Source of the DNA: Thermoplasmatota archaeon
GTDB lineage: Archaea > Thermoplasmatota > Penumbrarchaeia > Penumbrarchaeales > Penumbrarchaeaceae
Assembly: GCA_965234725.1 (NCBI GenBank)
Contig: CBDDUX010000014.1
Span: forward strand, 1-64,000
DNA length: 64,000 bases
Direction: 5' to 3'
Shown here: positions 21,026-30,378 of the stretch, piece after piece
Layout: the number at the start of each line of letters is the position of its first letter
Position numbering within the stretch: the first letter of the stretch is position 1
Made by a program: the position numbers and the translations under genes
Notes under the pieces: model-generated
Told to the model about the DNA's origin: nothing
What the model saw: the letters and a program-made list of their open reading frames with translations, nothing else
Databases searched by the model: none

Positions 21026-21708
21026 GGATGGATCGGAAAAGGTCAGCGATCGATTACGGAATGATAACGGTGGGGATAATCCTGCTGGGTTCGGTCTGGG
21101 GTTTACTTGAATGCACTATAGGCGGTCTGAAATGGAACGTTGCCGGATTGTATGTTTCCATGGGGGCAGTAATGGCTGGCCTTTTCGGACTATCCTTCAT
21201 GATCCTCGCTAAGAGGATCTTCAATTTTGCAGGGGCCGCTTTGCTTGTGGCGCTTGTGGCATCGGTCCTGAGGTTCATTGCTCCTGTGGGATCATGTGTG
21301 ATCTGTTCCGCGATCGCCATTGGGGTCGAGGGTATGGTATTCGAGATGATCGTCAGCAGAAAGGTGTTCATGGGGAACCTTTGGGGAAAGAAGGATTTCA
21401 GGACACTTGCTTTCCTTGGGATAATAAGTGGTTTTTCTGTATTCACTGTTGGATATTTCACAACCCAGTTATTGACTCCCGTTTTCACAGGTGGAACCCT
21501 TTTCATCATGGACGTTGTCAATATCCTTCCATTGATATTCGGCAGGGCTTTCTATGCGGCTGTCCTCGGAGGGATCTCCGTTCCATTAATAGCGCTCTAT
21601 GATAATTTGCACCTTGATCTGAACAAGTGGAACAAGGGGGCATATTTCGCAAGCACGACAGCTATCAGCGCTGTTTGCTGGGTACTGGTGATATTCATTC
21701 TCTTTTAG
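21022..21708 (+). CDS. Integral membrane protein resembling an ECF transporter S component
   Basis: About 6-7 hydrophobic helices, LGSVWGLLExTIG start, 228 aa; GTGA overlap with the upstream gene. Confidence 0.55.
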   Translation: MRMDRKRSAIDYGMITVGIILLGSVWGLLECTIGGLKWNVAGLYVSMGAVMAGLFGLSFMILAKRIFNFAGAALLVALVASVLRFIAPVGSCVICSAIAIGVEGMVFEMIVSRKVFMGNLWGKKDFRTLAFLGIISGFSVFTVGYFTTQLLTPVFTGGTLFIMDVVNILPLIFGRAFYAAVLGGISVPLIALYDNLHLDLNKWNKGAYFASTTAISAVCWVLVIFILF

Positions 21709-21709
21709 G

Positions 21710-22168
21710 GTGGTCCAGATGGTAGAAAAAGTAAAGATAATCAAGTTCCACGCAGAGAAATGCAAGGGACATAGGGAATGTGAAAAGGCCTGTTCAAATA
21801 TCCATTTCAAGACGGATGTGGGAGGGGACAGATCAGCCATCCATATAATCAAGAAAGGATCCCATTTCGAGATGGTAAATTGCAACCAGAACGGTCTGTG
21901 CATGGATGTCTGCCCTGTCCAGGCGATCAAGAGGCTCCCCACCGGTGTGGTGATAATTGACAAGAAGACCTGCATAGGTTGCATGACCTGTGTCGCATTC
22001 TGCCCCATGGATGGAATGAGAAGGGCAGAGGGTATGATAGTACCTCACAAGTGCATTTCCTGCGGTGCCTGTGTGAAGGCCTGTCCTGAAGGTGCTCTGG
22101 AACTGGTAGAGGTGAATATCAGTGACATCGAGCAAAGGGTTTACATCCACCAGGGGGTGTGCGAATGA
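21710..22168 (+). CDS. 4Fe-4S polyferredoxin subunit
   Basis: CxxHxxCxxxC, CxxxxxCxxxCP, and two CxxCxxCxxxCP motifs. Confidence 0.9.
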   Translation: MVQMVEKVKIIKFHAEKCKGHRECEKACSNIHFKTDVGGDRSAIHIIKKGSHFEMVNCNQNGLCMDVCPVQAIKRLPTGVVIIDKKTCIGCMTCVAFCPMDGMRRAEGMIVPHKCISCGACVKACPEGALELVEVNISDIEQRVYIHQGVCE

Positions 22169-24519
22169 GCGGGAAATGTCAAAGTCATGCAAGCAATGCC
22201 AAGACCATTGGTAGGGGAAATGGCCCATTTGAAACCAATAATACCAAGATAGAAGTGGACCTGGAAAGACTCAGAACCGGGCACCGGATACTAGCCGAAC
22301 ACAAGTACGAGAAACGTGAGATCGTAAAGGGCTATGCCGGGCGTCTTCTCTATGTCAATCTTTCAAAGAATGAGATCAGGGAGATCCCTCTGACCGAAGA
22401 TGTCAAGCACAAGTTCACTGGAGGAAAGGGTTTCGGATTGAAGATGATCTGGGACCATGTTCGCCCGGATACGAAGTGGGATGATCCTGAGAACATACTT
22501 GCGTTGAACAGCGGACCCATGAATGGCACAACCCAATACTCGGGTATGGGGAAAGCCCTCAGCACAACCATATCCCCCTCAACGGATATCGTTTGCGATT
22601 CCAACGCGGGAGGATATTTCGCACCATATCTCAAATTCTGTGGATTCGATTCCATATCCATCCAGGGTAAAGCGAAAGAAGATGTTGTGGTTTTCATCGA
22701 TGGTGTCGAGGGTAAGATCACGATCGAAACCGCTCCCTTCGAGGAGACCAACTCACATCTCCTTGCCGAGCAGCTCACTCACCTCTATGCCCTTGAGGAC
22801 ACACCACCCTCAAGACAGAAGGTCTCTGTTGTATCCGCGGGAAAGGGCTCAGAGAACTCGTATTGGGGCATCCTGAACATCTCTTTCTATGATCCCAGGA
22901 GGAAGGTCCCCAGGATCAAACAGCATGGAAGAGGGGGCCTCGGAACCGTTTTCAGGAACAAAAAGGTCAAGGGTCTTGTTGCAAGAATAGAAGGTTTCGA
23001 TGGAATGATCAACCATCCCGTGGATGTAGACAAGATAGCAAGGACCGGTATCAAACATCACAGAGAGATAAGGGACCTGGACAAGCACGAGAACAACATG
23101 AGAACAGTAGGTACGGGGAACCTTGTTGAGATAATGGATGCGTATGACCTTCTACCAACAGAGAACTACAGGTTCGGCTCATTCCCCAAAGCATCAAGGA
23201 TCTATTCACCAAAGTTCTACCCCTATTATACACAGGGTATACCAGATGGATGCTGGTACGGATGTAACATAGCCTGCTCGAAGGCAGTTGATGGATTCCT
23301 TCTGAAGACGGGTCCTTACAAAGGGCATAGGGTTACTGTGGATGGTCCGGAATATGAGACGGTCGCAGGTGGTTCCAACATGTCCCTCTGGGATGTGGAA
23401 TGGATATTGGAATTCAACTTCTATTGTGATACCTATGGCTTGGATACGATCTCTGCTGCTACATCCATTGCCTTTTACATGGAGATGTACGAATACGGCA
23501 TCCTTGATAAGGAGAGATGCGGTGGACTGGAGCTTTGCTTCGGAAACGCAAGGGCGATCCTTGAGTTCCTCCACAGGATAGCAGAGGGCGATGAGAATGA
23601 ATTCATCCAGGTTGCTTCAAAGGGTGTGAGAAGAATGAAGGACTGGTTGATCGGCAAGGGGTGGGGAGATCCGGACCTCATAGAGAACTGCGGTATGGAG
23701 ATCAAGGGTCTGGAATACTCGGAATATGTGTGCAAGGAATCGCTGGCACAGCAAGGGGGATTCGCCCTGGCCACCAAAGGTCCTCAGCATGATGAGGCAT
23801 GGCTGATCTTCATGGACATGGTAAACAATCAGATCCCCACATTCAAGGACAAGGCGGAAGCCCTTCACTATTTCCCTGTCTGGAGGACCTGGTTCGGGTT
23901 GGTGGGTCTATGCAAACTTCCCTGGAATGATATAGTCCCGGCTGATAATGCAAAGACCGATGAACCCGCAAAGATCCCGAAACATGTACAAAACTATGCC
24001 GATATCATGAGCGGTGTCACTGGATCGGATATCCTACCAAAGGACCTGATAGACCAGTCCGAAAGAGTGTACAACTGGCAGAGGGCCATGAGCGTATGGA
24101 TGGGAAAGGGTAGGAGGAAGAGTGACATGCCACCATACAGATCAATGGGTCCTGTCACAGAGATGGAATACCTTTCAAGAGAGGATCGATATGACGGTCA
24201 TCTGAAGGAATTCATGGGTTATGATGATGAGGCCATCAACAGTATGCTGGTCAAGGAGAAGATAAAAATACTCAGGGAGTACAGATATGGCCAGTATCAG
24301 AAATTGGTGGATTCTGTATACTTCAGAAGGGGTTGGACCCCAAATGGTGTCCCGTCTCCAAAGAAGATGAAGGAGCTGGGTTTCGGAGATGAGAAGGAAA
24401 TGCTTGAGGTGCTTCAAAGAGCAATTGACGAGGATGGTGCCAAGGGTATGAACGTTTGGGGAGGAATATACTCCGGAAGCGGAGAACATCCCTCCAGCAA
24501 TGACAGGTACTGGGAATAA
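22159..24519 (+). CDS. aor: Tungsten-dependent aldehyde:ferredoxin oxidoreductase family enzyme
   Basis: RLLYVNLS, GGKGFG, ISPST..DSNAGG, GRGGLG, CWYGCNIAC, GPEYET, DTYGLDTIS, GLCKL, RGWTPNGVP. Confidence 0.93.
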   Translation: MRMSGKCQSHASNAKTIGRGNGPFETNNTKIEVDLERLRTGHRILAEHKYEKREIVKGYAGRLLYVNLSKNEIREIPLTEDVKHKFTGGKGFGLKMIWDHVRPDTKWDDPENILALNSGPMNGTTQYSGMGKALSTTISPSTDIVCDSNAGGYFAPYLKFCGFDSISIQGKAKEDVVVFIDGVEGKITIETAPFEETNSHLLAEQLTHLYALEDTPPSRQKVSVVSAGKGSENSYWGILNISFYDPRRKVPRIKQHGRGGLGTVFRNKKVKGLVARIEGFDGMINHPVDVDKIARTGIKHHREIRDLDKHENNMRTVGTGNLVEIMDAYDLLPTENYRFGSFPKASRIYSPKFYPYYTQGIPDGCWYGCNIACSKAVDGFLLKTGPYKGHRVTVDGPEYETVAGGSNMSLWDVEWILEFNFYCDTYGLDTISAATSIAFYMEMYEYGILDKERCGGLELCFGNARAILEFLHRIAEGDENEFIQVASKGVRRMKDWLIGKGWGDPDLIENCGMEIKGLEYSEYVCKESLAQQGGFALATKGPQHDEAWLIFMDMVNNQIPTFKDKAEALHYFPVWRTWFGLVGLCKLPWNDIVPADNAKTDEPAKIPKHVQNYADIMSGVTGSDILPKDLIDQSERVYNWQRAMSVWMGKGRRKSDMPPYRSMGPVTEMEYLSREDRYDGHLKEFMGYDDEAINSMLVKEKIKILREYRYGQYQKLVDSVYFRRGWTPNGVPSPKKMKELGFGDEKEMLEVLQRAIDEDGAKGMNVWGGIYSGSGEHPSSNDRYWE

Positions 24520-24521
24520 AG

Positions 24522-25145
24522 ATGCAATGCAAGAACCCGGGAAAGAAGGCTCCACTACCTTTTGACAAGGGTCAGGTTGCAGTAAGATTGAAAGGATCAT
24601 ATGTTGGTATTGCTGGAGCAGGGGGGCTTGGTTCGAATGTTGCTATGGCCCTTGCCAGAGCTGGTGTGGGTCGTCTGCTTATAGTGGATTTCGATAAAGT
24701 GGAATCCTCCAACCTGAACAGGCAGTATTTTTTTAGGGAGCAGGTGGGACGTTCCAAGGTAGATGCTCTTAAGGAGAATATTATCAGAGCCGTTGAAGGC
24801 TGTGATGTATTTGTTCTGGACCAAAAATTGGAGAAGGGAGCAATGGCCGATCCTTTCTACGAGGTCGATATAATCGTAGAAGCCCTTGACTCAGCATCCA
24901 CAAAGGTTGCCTTCATTGAGGAGGTTCTAACAAGATATCCTGATCGCTACCTTGTGGCTGCTTCCGGAGTTGCCGGTATCGGAGGTTCTGAGAGAGTGGA
25001 GATAAAACGTTTTGGCAGCCTGATAATGGTGGATGATCCTCAGGCATATTCAAGTGATGAGGATATACTTCTCAGCCCCAAGGTTGGTGTCTTTGCTCAC
25101 CATCAGGCAAATATCGTCCTGGAACTACTTATGGAGGACGGTTGA
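24522..25145 (+). CDS. thiF: ThiF/MoeB-family sulfur-carrier adenylyltransferase
   Basis: GIAGAGGLGS, DFDKVESSNLNRQ, K, EALD. Confidence 0.9.
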   Translation: MQCKNPGKKAPLPFDKGQVAVRLKGSYVGIAGAGGLGSNVAMALARAGVGRLLIVDFDKVESSNLNRQYFFREQVGRSKVDALKENIIRAVEGCDVFVLDQKLEKGAMADPFYEVDIIVEALDSASTKVAFIEEVLTRYPDRYLVAASGVAGIGGSERVEIKRFGSLIMVDDPQAYSSDEDILLSPKVGVFAHHQANIVLELLMEDG

Positions 25146-25345
25146 TGACAATAATGGTGAACAGACGTCCGGTTGAATATAAACCGGAGGAGTCGATAAC
25201 GAGCCTTATTAAGAGAATGAACTACACCTTTCCCCTGCTCGTTGTGAAAGTCAATGGGAAGTTAGTTACAGGACCCGAGCAGAAGCATCATTTGATCAAA
25301 GATGGTTCTGAGATAGACATTATTCATCTGACCAGCGGAGGTTGA
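25142..25345 (+). CDS. ThiS/MoaD ubiquitin-like sulfur carrier
   Basis: 67 aa beta-grasp, VKVNG, C-terminal SGG. Confidence 0.9.
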   Translation: MMTIMVNRRPVEYKPEESITSLIKRMNYTFPLLVVKVNGKLVTGPEQKHHLIKDGSEIDIIHLTSGG

Positions 25346-25349
25346 AAGA

Positions 25350-25532
25350 ATGGTAATCACAGATGCTACCGTAAGGAAGAGGTTCTTCGAGGTCGCAGTT
25401 AAAGGACGGATCACTTGCAGTGATTGCTTAGATATAGCAGACGAGCTGGGGATCGAGAAGAGGGAGATCGCTTCCACCCTAAAAGAGATGGGTATCAAGA
25501 TAGTCCAGTGCCAGCTTGGATGCTTCCAGTGA
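25350..25532 (+). CDS. Small Cys-containing protein (ITCxxC...KIxxCQLGCF)
   Basis: 60 aa, coupled within the AOR operon; HTH-like middle and C-terminal CQLGCF. Confidence 0.75.
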   Translation: MVITDATVRKRFFEVAVKGRITCSDCLDIADELGIEKREIASTLKEMGIKIVQCQLGCFQ

Positions 25533-26068
25533 GTGATGGAATGATCATCGTATCCTTGATCGGGTTGAAGAAATGTGGAAAGACCACAACCGCAGAGGCC
25601 CTAATTACCGCTTTTAAAAAGAGGGGTTTCATTGTGGGTGGTGTGAAGTTCATGCCCAATTCCACCATCACACTGGATGTGGTGGGAAAGGATACATGGA
25701 GGCACAGGGAAGCAGGGGCAGATTTTGTGATCTCGCTTTCTAGGGGGGAGATCGGTTACATTGGCAACGTTTCTGGTAGAGCCAGTATTGACGATGCACT
25801 GAGATTGGTGCCTCAAGGAACGGAAATTCTGATCTGCGAGGGATATAACGATCCTGATCCCAGGATAGTCAAGGTCCTTCTTGCCAAGGATCCAGATTCT
25901 CTCGAGGAGACATTGAATGTAAGAGATATGTCTGAAGGATTCATTGCAGTATCCGGAATAATATCAACAACCGGATTCCACCATCCAGACCTACCGGTCC
26001 TTGATGCAACCTCAAGTGAACAATTGGAATTGCTCGTAGATCTGATACTTGAAAAGGGTAAGGGATGA
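25529..26068 (+). CDS. mobB: Molybdopterin-guanine dinucleotide biosynthesis protein B (P-loop)
   Basis: IVSLIGLKKCGKTT, DVVGKDTWRHREAGA, ILICEGY. Start GTG 25529 or ATG 25541. Confidence 0.85.
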   Translation: MSDGMIIVSLIGLKKCGKTTTAEALITAFKKRGFIVGGVKFMPNSTITLDVVGKDTWRHREAGADFVISLSRGEIGYIGNVSGRASIDDALRLVPQGTEILICEGYNDPDPRIVKVLLAKDPDSLEETLNVRDMSEGFIAVSGIISTTGFHHPDLPVLDATSSEQLELLVDLILEKGKG

Positions 26069-26076
26069 TCCCGGTT

Positions 26077-26358
26077 TCATCTCTTGTCAGTTACCTTGAT
26101 GATGTGATACCCGAATTGGGTCTGGACCGGATCGGAGACATCACCTTTGTTCATGGTGAATGCCGTATCCTCGAAAGGTTTCACCATCTGACCCTTTCCG
26201 AAATAACCAAGGTCCCCACCTTTCTTTCCGGAAGGACATTGGGAATGCTTTCTGGCAAGGTCCTCGAATTTAGCCCCTGCCTTGATCCTGTTCAATATCT
26301 TATCCGCTTCGGTCTTGGATCTGACCAGAATATGACTTGCCCTTACTTGCGACACCAT
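26077..26358 (-). CDS. ppiC: Parvulin-type peptidyl-prolyl isomerase
   Basis: [46 protein letters not shown]. Confidence 0.95.
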   Translation of the reverse strand: MVSQVRASHILVRSKTEADKILNRIKAGAKFEDLARKHSQCPSGKKGGDLGYFGKGQMVKPFEDTAFTMNKGDVSDPVQTQFGYHIIKVTDKR

Positions 26359-26821
26359 GTCAAGGCCTCCAATGGAAAGAGGAAGTTTGATATTTAAGGT
26401 TCGCCTGGATGGATCCCTCCCAAGGAAGTATTCACACGATGGTTCCATGATCCTGCTACATTCTTCACCCAGGATATTGTGGAATTTGGATCTTTATTGG
26501 ATGGGGTGATCAAGACCAAATGAACTAAGATCATCTTCTTCAGGACCCCATCTGCAAGAGGAATGAAACAGGGCAAAGGATTTATAGACCCCCCGAGGGT
26601 GGAACAATGGGCATTGTTTAATAGGAAGTCATATCCCAAGTATATAGAAAAACCATCGAAATTTAATTGAAATGATATCAAATTTTCCATGGCCAGTGTA
26701 CAATATTTGTAATAATATCCGATAAATATTAACTGTTTCGATACCTTTTTATATTAGAAATGATGTCAGTGGATGGAAATGTTTATATCAGATGATATGA
26801 ACGAAAAAGAGCCTAAGGAGG

Positions 26822-27802
26822 ATGATCCATATGGTAATTGATGATGACCCCGCAATGCTTCGAAAGAAACAGAAATCCGACAGGGTCCAGATCGAAGAGA
26901 CCACAACCTGCCCCGAATGTGGAAGCGAGCATATAATCAGAGATTATGAGAGAGGAGAGCTCGTTTGCGGGGACTGTGGAATTGTCATAAATGACCTGCA
27001 GATCGATATGGGACCAGAATGGAGGGCATTTGATTCGGTCCAGACCGAACAAAGGGCCAGGACCGGTGCACCAATGACCCTTACAATACACGACAAGGGT
27101 CTATCAACTGAGATAGGATGGAAGAACAAGGATTCCTATGGTAAATCCATCCCAACGAGGAACAGGGCTCAGATGTACAGGCTCAGGAAATGGCAGAGGA
27201 GGATAAGGGTTTCCAATGCCACTGAGAGGAACCTTGCATTTGCATTATCTGAACTGGATCGGATGGCAGCCGGTATCGGACTTCCAAGGAACGTCAGGGA
27301 GACAGCGGCCAGGATCTACAGGAACGCTGTTAACAAGAACCTTATCAGGGGAAGGTCCATAGAAGGAGTTGTTGCATCTTCGATATATGCTGCATGCAGG
27401 CAGTGCAACGTTCCCAGGACCCTTGATGAGATTGCCTCTGCGTCCAGAGTGGGCAGAAAGGAGATTGGCAGGACCTACCGATTCATGACAAGAGAGTTGG
27501 ACATGAGGCTCATGCCTACATCACCTCAGGATTATATTTCCAGGTTCTGTTCCGAGCTGAAGCTCTCGGGAGAGACCCAGACCAAGACAATGGAGATCCT
27601 AAAACAGGCTGATGAGATGGAGATCACATCGGGAAGGGGACCGACAGGTATGGCCGCAGCTGCGATCTATATAGCCTCCATCATGACAAATGAGAGAAGG
27701 ACCCAGAGAGAGGTCGCAGACGTTGCAGGGGTTACCGAGGTAACCATAAGGAACCGTTACAAGGAACTTGCAGATAAGCTCGGTATCGATCTTGAGATCT
27801 AA
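26822..27802 (+). CDS. tfb: Transcription initiation factor IIB (TFB)
   Basis: Zn ribbon CPECG..CGDCG, GPEWRAF, two cyclin repeats, [21 protein letters not shown]. Confidence 0.98.
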   Translation: MIHMVIDDDPAMLRKKQKSDRVQIEETTTCPECGSEHIIRDYERGELVCGDCGIVINDLQIDMGPEWRAFDSVQTEQRARTGAPMTLTIHDKGLSTEIGWKNKDSYGKSIPTRNRAQMYRLRKWQRRIRVSNATERNLAFALSELDRMAAGIGLPRNVRETAARIYRNAVNKNLIRGRSIEGVVASSIYAACRQCNVPRTLDEIASASRVGRKEIGRTYRFMTRELDMRLMPTSPQDYISRFCSELKLSGETQTKTMEILKQADEMEITSGRGPTGMAAAAIYIASIMTNERRTQREVADVAGVTEVTIRNRYKELADKLGIDLEI

Positions 27803-27901
27803 CCTTCAAGGAATCCATTAAACAAACAGAGGTTAAATCTCAAGGCTGGTTAAAACTAAAAAGCGGAGCTTGTTTTTACCAAGGTCTCGAGATCTTAATG
27901 T

Positions 27902-28285
27902 CTAACGTAGTATCATGAATATGATCGCATGCAGTATAGCTGAAGCGATAAAGACCACCATAAAGACCGACTTTCTTGTCTTATGCCAGAAGAAGTACAT
28001 TCCCACGAGACCACCAAGGAAGCCTCCCAACAAAGACATCATATGGAGATTTAGTTCCGGGATCCTCCTACCATCTCCCTTTGCTTGTCCCTTGTCGTAT
28101 CCGAAAAGTCCGAAAAGGGTTATCGAGGTTCCGATCACCCATGAGATGTGGAGCCCCTGGTCAAATGGTGAAAAGGCCCAGACCGGAACAGTAAGGATAA
28201 TTGAGAATATCAATGGATAGATGGTCCACTCCAGTTTTGGATCCATCCTGCCAGACCCTTTCTTACCCCTTCTTTTCCTGGACAT
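27902..28285 (-). CDS. DUF1294-family small membrane protein
   Basis: GYDKxxA...RRIPExxL...GGxxG...F.HKTRK..F. Confidence 0.85.
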   Translation of the reverse strand: MSRKRRGKKGSGRMDPKLEWTIYPLIFSIILTVPVWAFSPFDQGLHISWVIGTSITLFGLFGYDKGQAKGDGRRIPELNLHMMSLLGGFLGGLVGMYFFWHKTRKSVFMVVFIASAILHAIIFMILR

Positions 28286-28362
28286 TCATCACTGGAATGA
28301 GGGTAAGGGATATCACTTTTACCTAGAAGAATATAAGAGTTGACTTTAAAAGGTCCAGAATC

Positions 28363-28833
28363 TCACTCTATCTGGGCATAGACCTCAGTGAGGATCTCTT
28401 CCGGTGGGACCTCTCCCGGATCATTAAGGTAATATTCCCTGTAAGGTCCCTTTACTTCCCTATTGTTTTGGGCCATCCAATCGAACAATCTATTGTATGT
28501 CTCACCCACCTTTTCATAAGGACCCTTATGAACGGTCTTGACCATCTTCACTTTGGGCAGCTCATAGTAACTGATCTCATCGGTCTCCTTGATATCACCG
28601 GAAACAGGGAGTGCCACCTCAAGGTCCGCATCATTGTTCCTCATGGCCCTTTCAACTTCTTCCATGGAAAGTTCATGGCAAAGGGATATCGGTGGTCCAG
28701 TTATTTTCAAGCTATTTCTCATTGCGTGTTCGAAAACCTTCGGGATCAGGATCCCCAAATCGTGGTATGCTCCCTTTGCTCTCATCCCTATGACCTTTAC
28801 CGGTTCAAGTTCAACTATATCAATATCGTTCAT
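28363..28833 (-). CDS. GyrI-like small-molecule-binding protein
   Basis: HKGPYEKVGETYNRL..W...REYYLNDP..VPPEEILTEVY. Confidence 0.9.
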   Translation of the reverse strand: MNDIDIVELEPVKVIGMRAKGAYHDLGILIPKVFEHAMRNSLKITGPPISLCHELSMEEVERAMRNNDADLEVALPVSGDIKETDEISYYELPKVKMVKTVHKGPYEKVGETYNRLFDWMAQNNREVKGPYREYYLNDPGEVPPEEILTEVYAQIE

Positions 28834-28944
28834 TTTTTCACCTCACTTCCTTTCAATTCATATTATTATATAATTGTAAGATTGGGAGTGAGAGCGGTAT
28901 GAAAGTGGAAAATAATTTCATACTTCCATTCTTACCAAGGGTGT

Positions 28945-30283
28945 CTATGTCCAATATACACTTTTAATGAACTCATCCCACTGTGTGTCCTGACAGAACT
29001 GGATATCCTCATAGGCCGGGTTATATGAAGAGGACCTATAAGGCAGATAGATGGAGACCCCGTGAGCATCAGGATGCCCGCCATCCTCGTAAGTGTTACG
29101 ATACATGATAACCAGATCCTCAACTGCATCCATAACTTCTTGAGAGTAAGAAGACCTGATAGTCCCTGCCGTAGCTTTCGAAAGCTGATAGGCCAGGTCG
29201 TAGACATCGTAATTTGTATATGTGGCCTGGCCGATCCATTCCATCTGATGAGAGAAGTATTCAGTATAGAGATTCGAGCTCTGATATTCCGGGTGTCCGA
29301 TCACTGTGTTTATCAGAATTCCCTGGTTGACGGTCTGTCCGATACCTGTCATCTTTGGTAGAAGCTCTGATGCCATTGAATCAAGAGCGGAGACAAGTGG
29401 TTCGACATTGCTGAGATTGAAGATACCGAAAACGTCAGAATATCCCTCCTTGGGAATGTAGGGAGGAGCCGTCCAGGGCCCATAAGGGGTGAATGTCTCT
29501 CCCATTACAATGGCAAAATCCTCCCCGGACATCTTCGGGTCCTTTGATAGTTCACCCCAGCAATCGTCATACTGCCAGTTACCTGCATCCCATTTATCAT
29601 TTTCAGGTTCCGCTTCGGCTCCCCATCCGTATGTGGATCCTCCTACGAAGTAGTTGCATGAATCCCTTACTTCATATGCGAACTCCACCATTCCGACGAG
29701 ACACGCTTCAGTTGAAAGTATATCCACTTTTTTTCCTAAATGATCGCTGAATGACTTCATGGTCTTCCCGATCTCTGGAAGGTCCAGATGATCGTTTGAG
29801 AGAACATCCCAGCAGATACCTCTCCAGCCGCCACCGTGGTTCACAAGATGGACATTGTACTTCTTTGCTGGATAATTATCCGCTCCCCAATTCAGGAATT
29901 GGAGTAGCTGGTCCATCACCTGTGTTCAGTTCATTATTTCCCCATTCAGGATTGATGTCTGTTAGATTGAGATAGGTGGATCCTCCCTGATGAAGCTCTA
30001 TCAGTTTGGTATCTCCTTCTTCCTCCTTATCAAGAATGATTATCACATTCATACTGGGGTTATCAGGGACCATCTCAAGGAAATGGAGGTTGCAAAGACC
30101 CATGTTCCACTCACCAAGGTCTCCTTCCGAACACATCCACATCAATGTGGTCCATTCAGCTTCAACTTGGTTCCCCTCACCCTCGCCAGTTCCATTTCTT
30201 CCTGAAGAAGTTATCATAACAGCTCCAAGGATCATAATAACGACCACAGCGAAAACCATGATCAAGATATGCTGTCTCTTCAT
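28945..30283 (-). pseudogene. Clostripain (peptidase C11) family gene split by a frameshift near 29910-29915
   Basis: The 5' ORF (30283-29876) carries the signal anchor, WTTLMWM..DL and ELNTGD. The 3' ORF (29919-28945) continues LLQFLNW..NYPAKKY, NHGGGW (catalytic His) and EACL (catalytic Cys). Confidence 0.8.
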
Positions 30284-30378
30284 CCATCCCTGATTAGGCC
30301 GGTTTGATATCTATATTTCTATGGAAGCGTCCAGACAATGGACCATGGTTTTGATCAACATAGATTTGAAGTTCACTT

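Noticed and set aside
19855-26068. Selenocysteine or pyrrolysine read-through in the AOR cluster
   Set aside because: Stops coincide with expected family C-termini and with the starts of the next genes.
26394-26690. ORF between ppiC and tfb
   Set aside because: No motif, weak start context, and it lies in the divergent promoter region.
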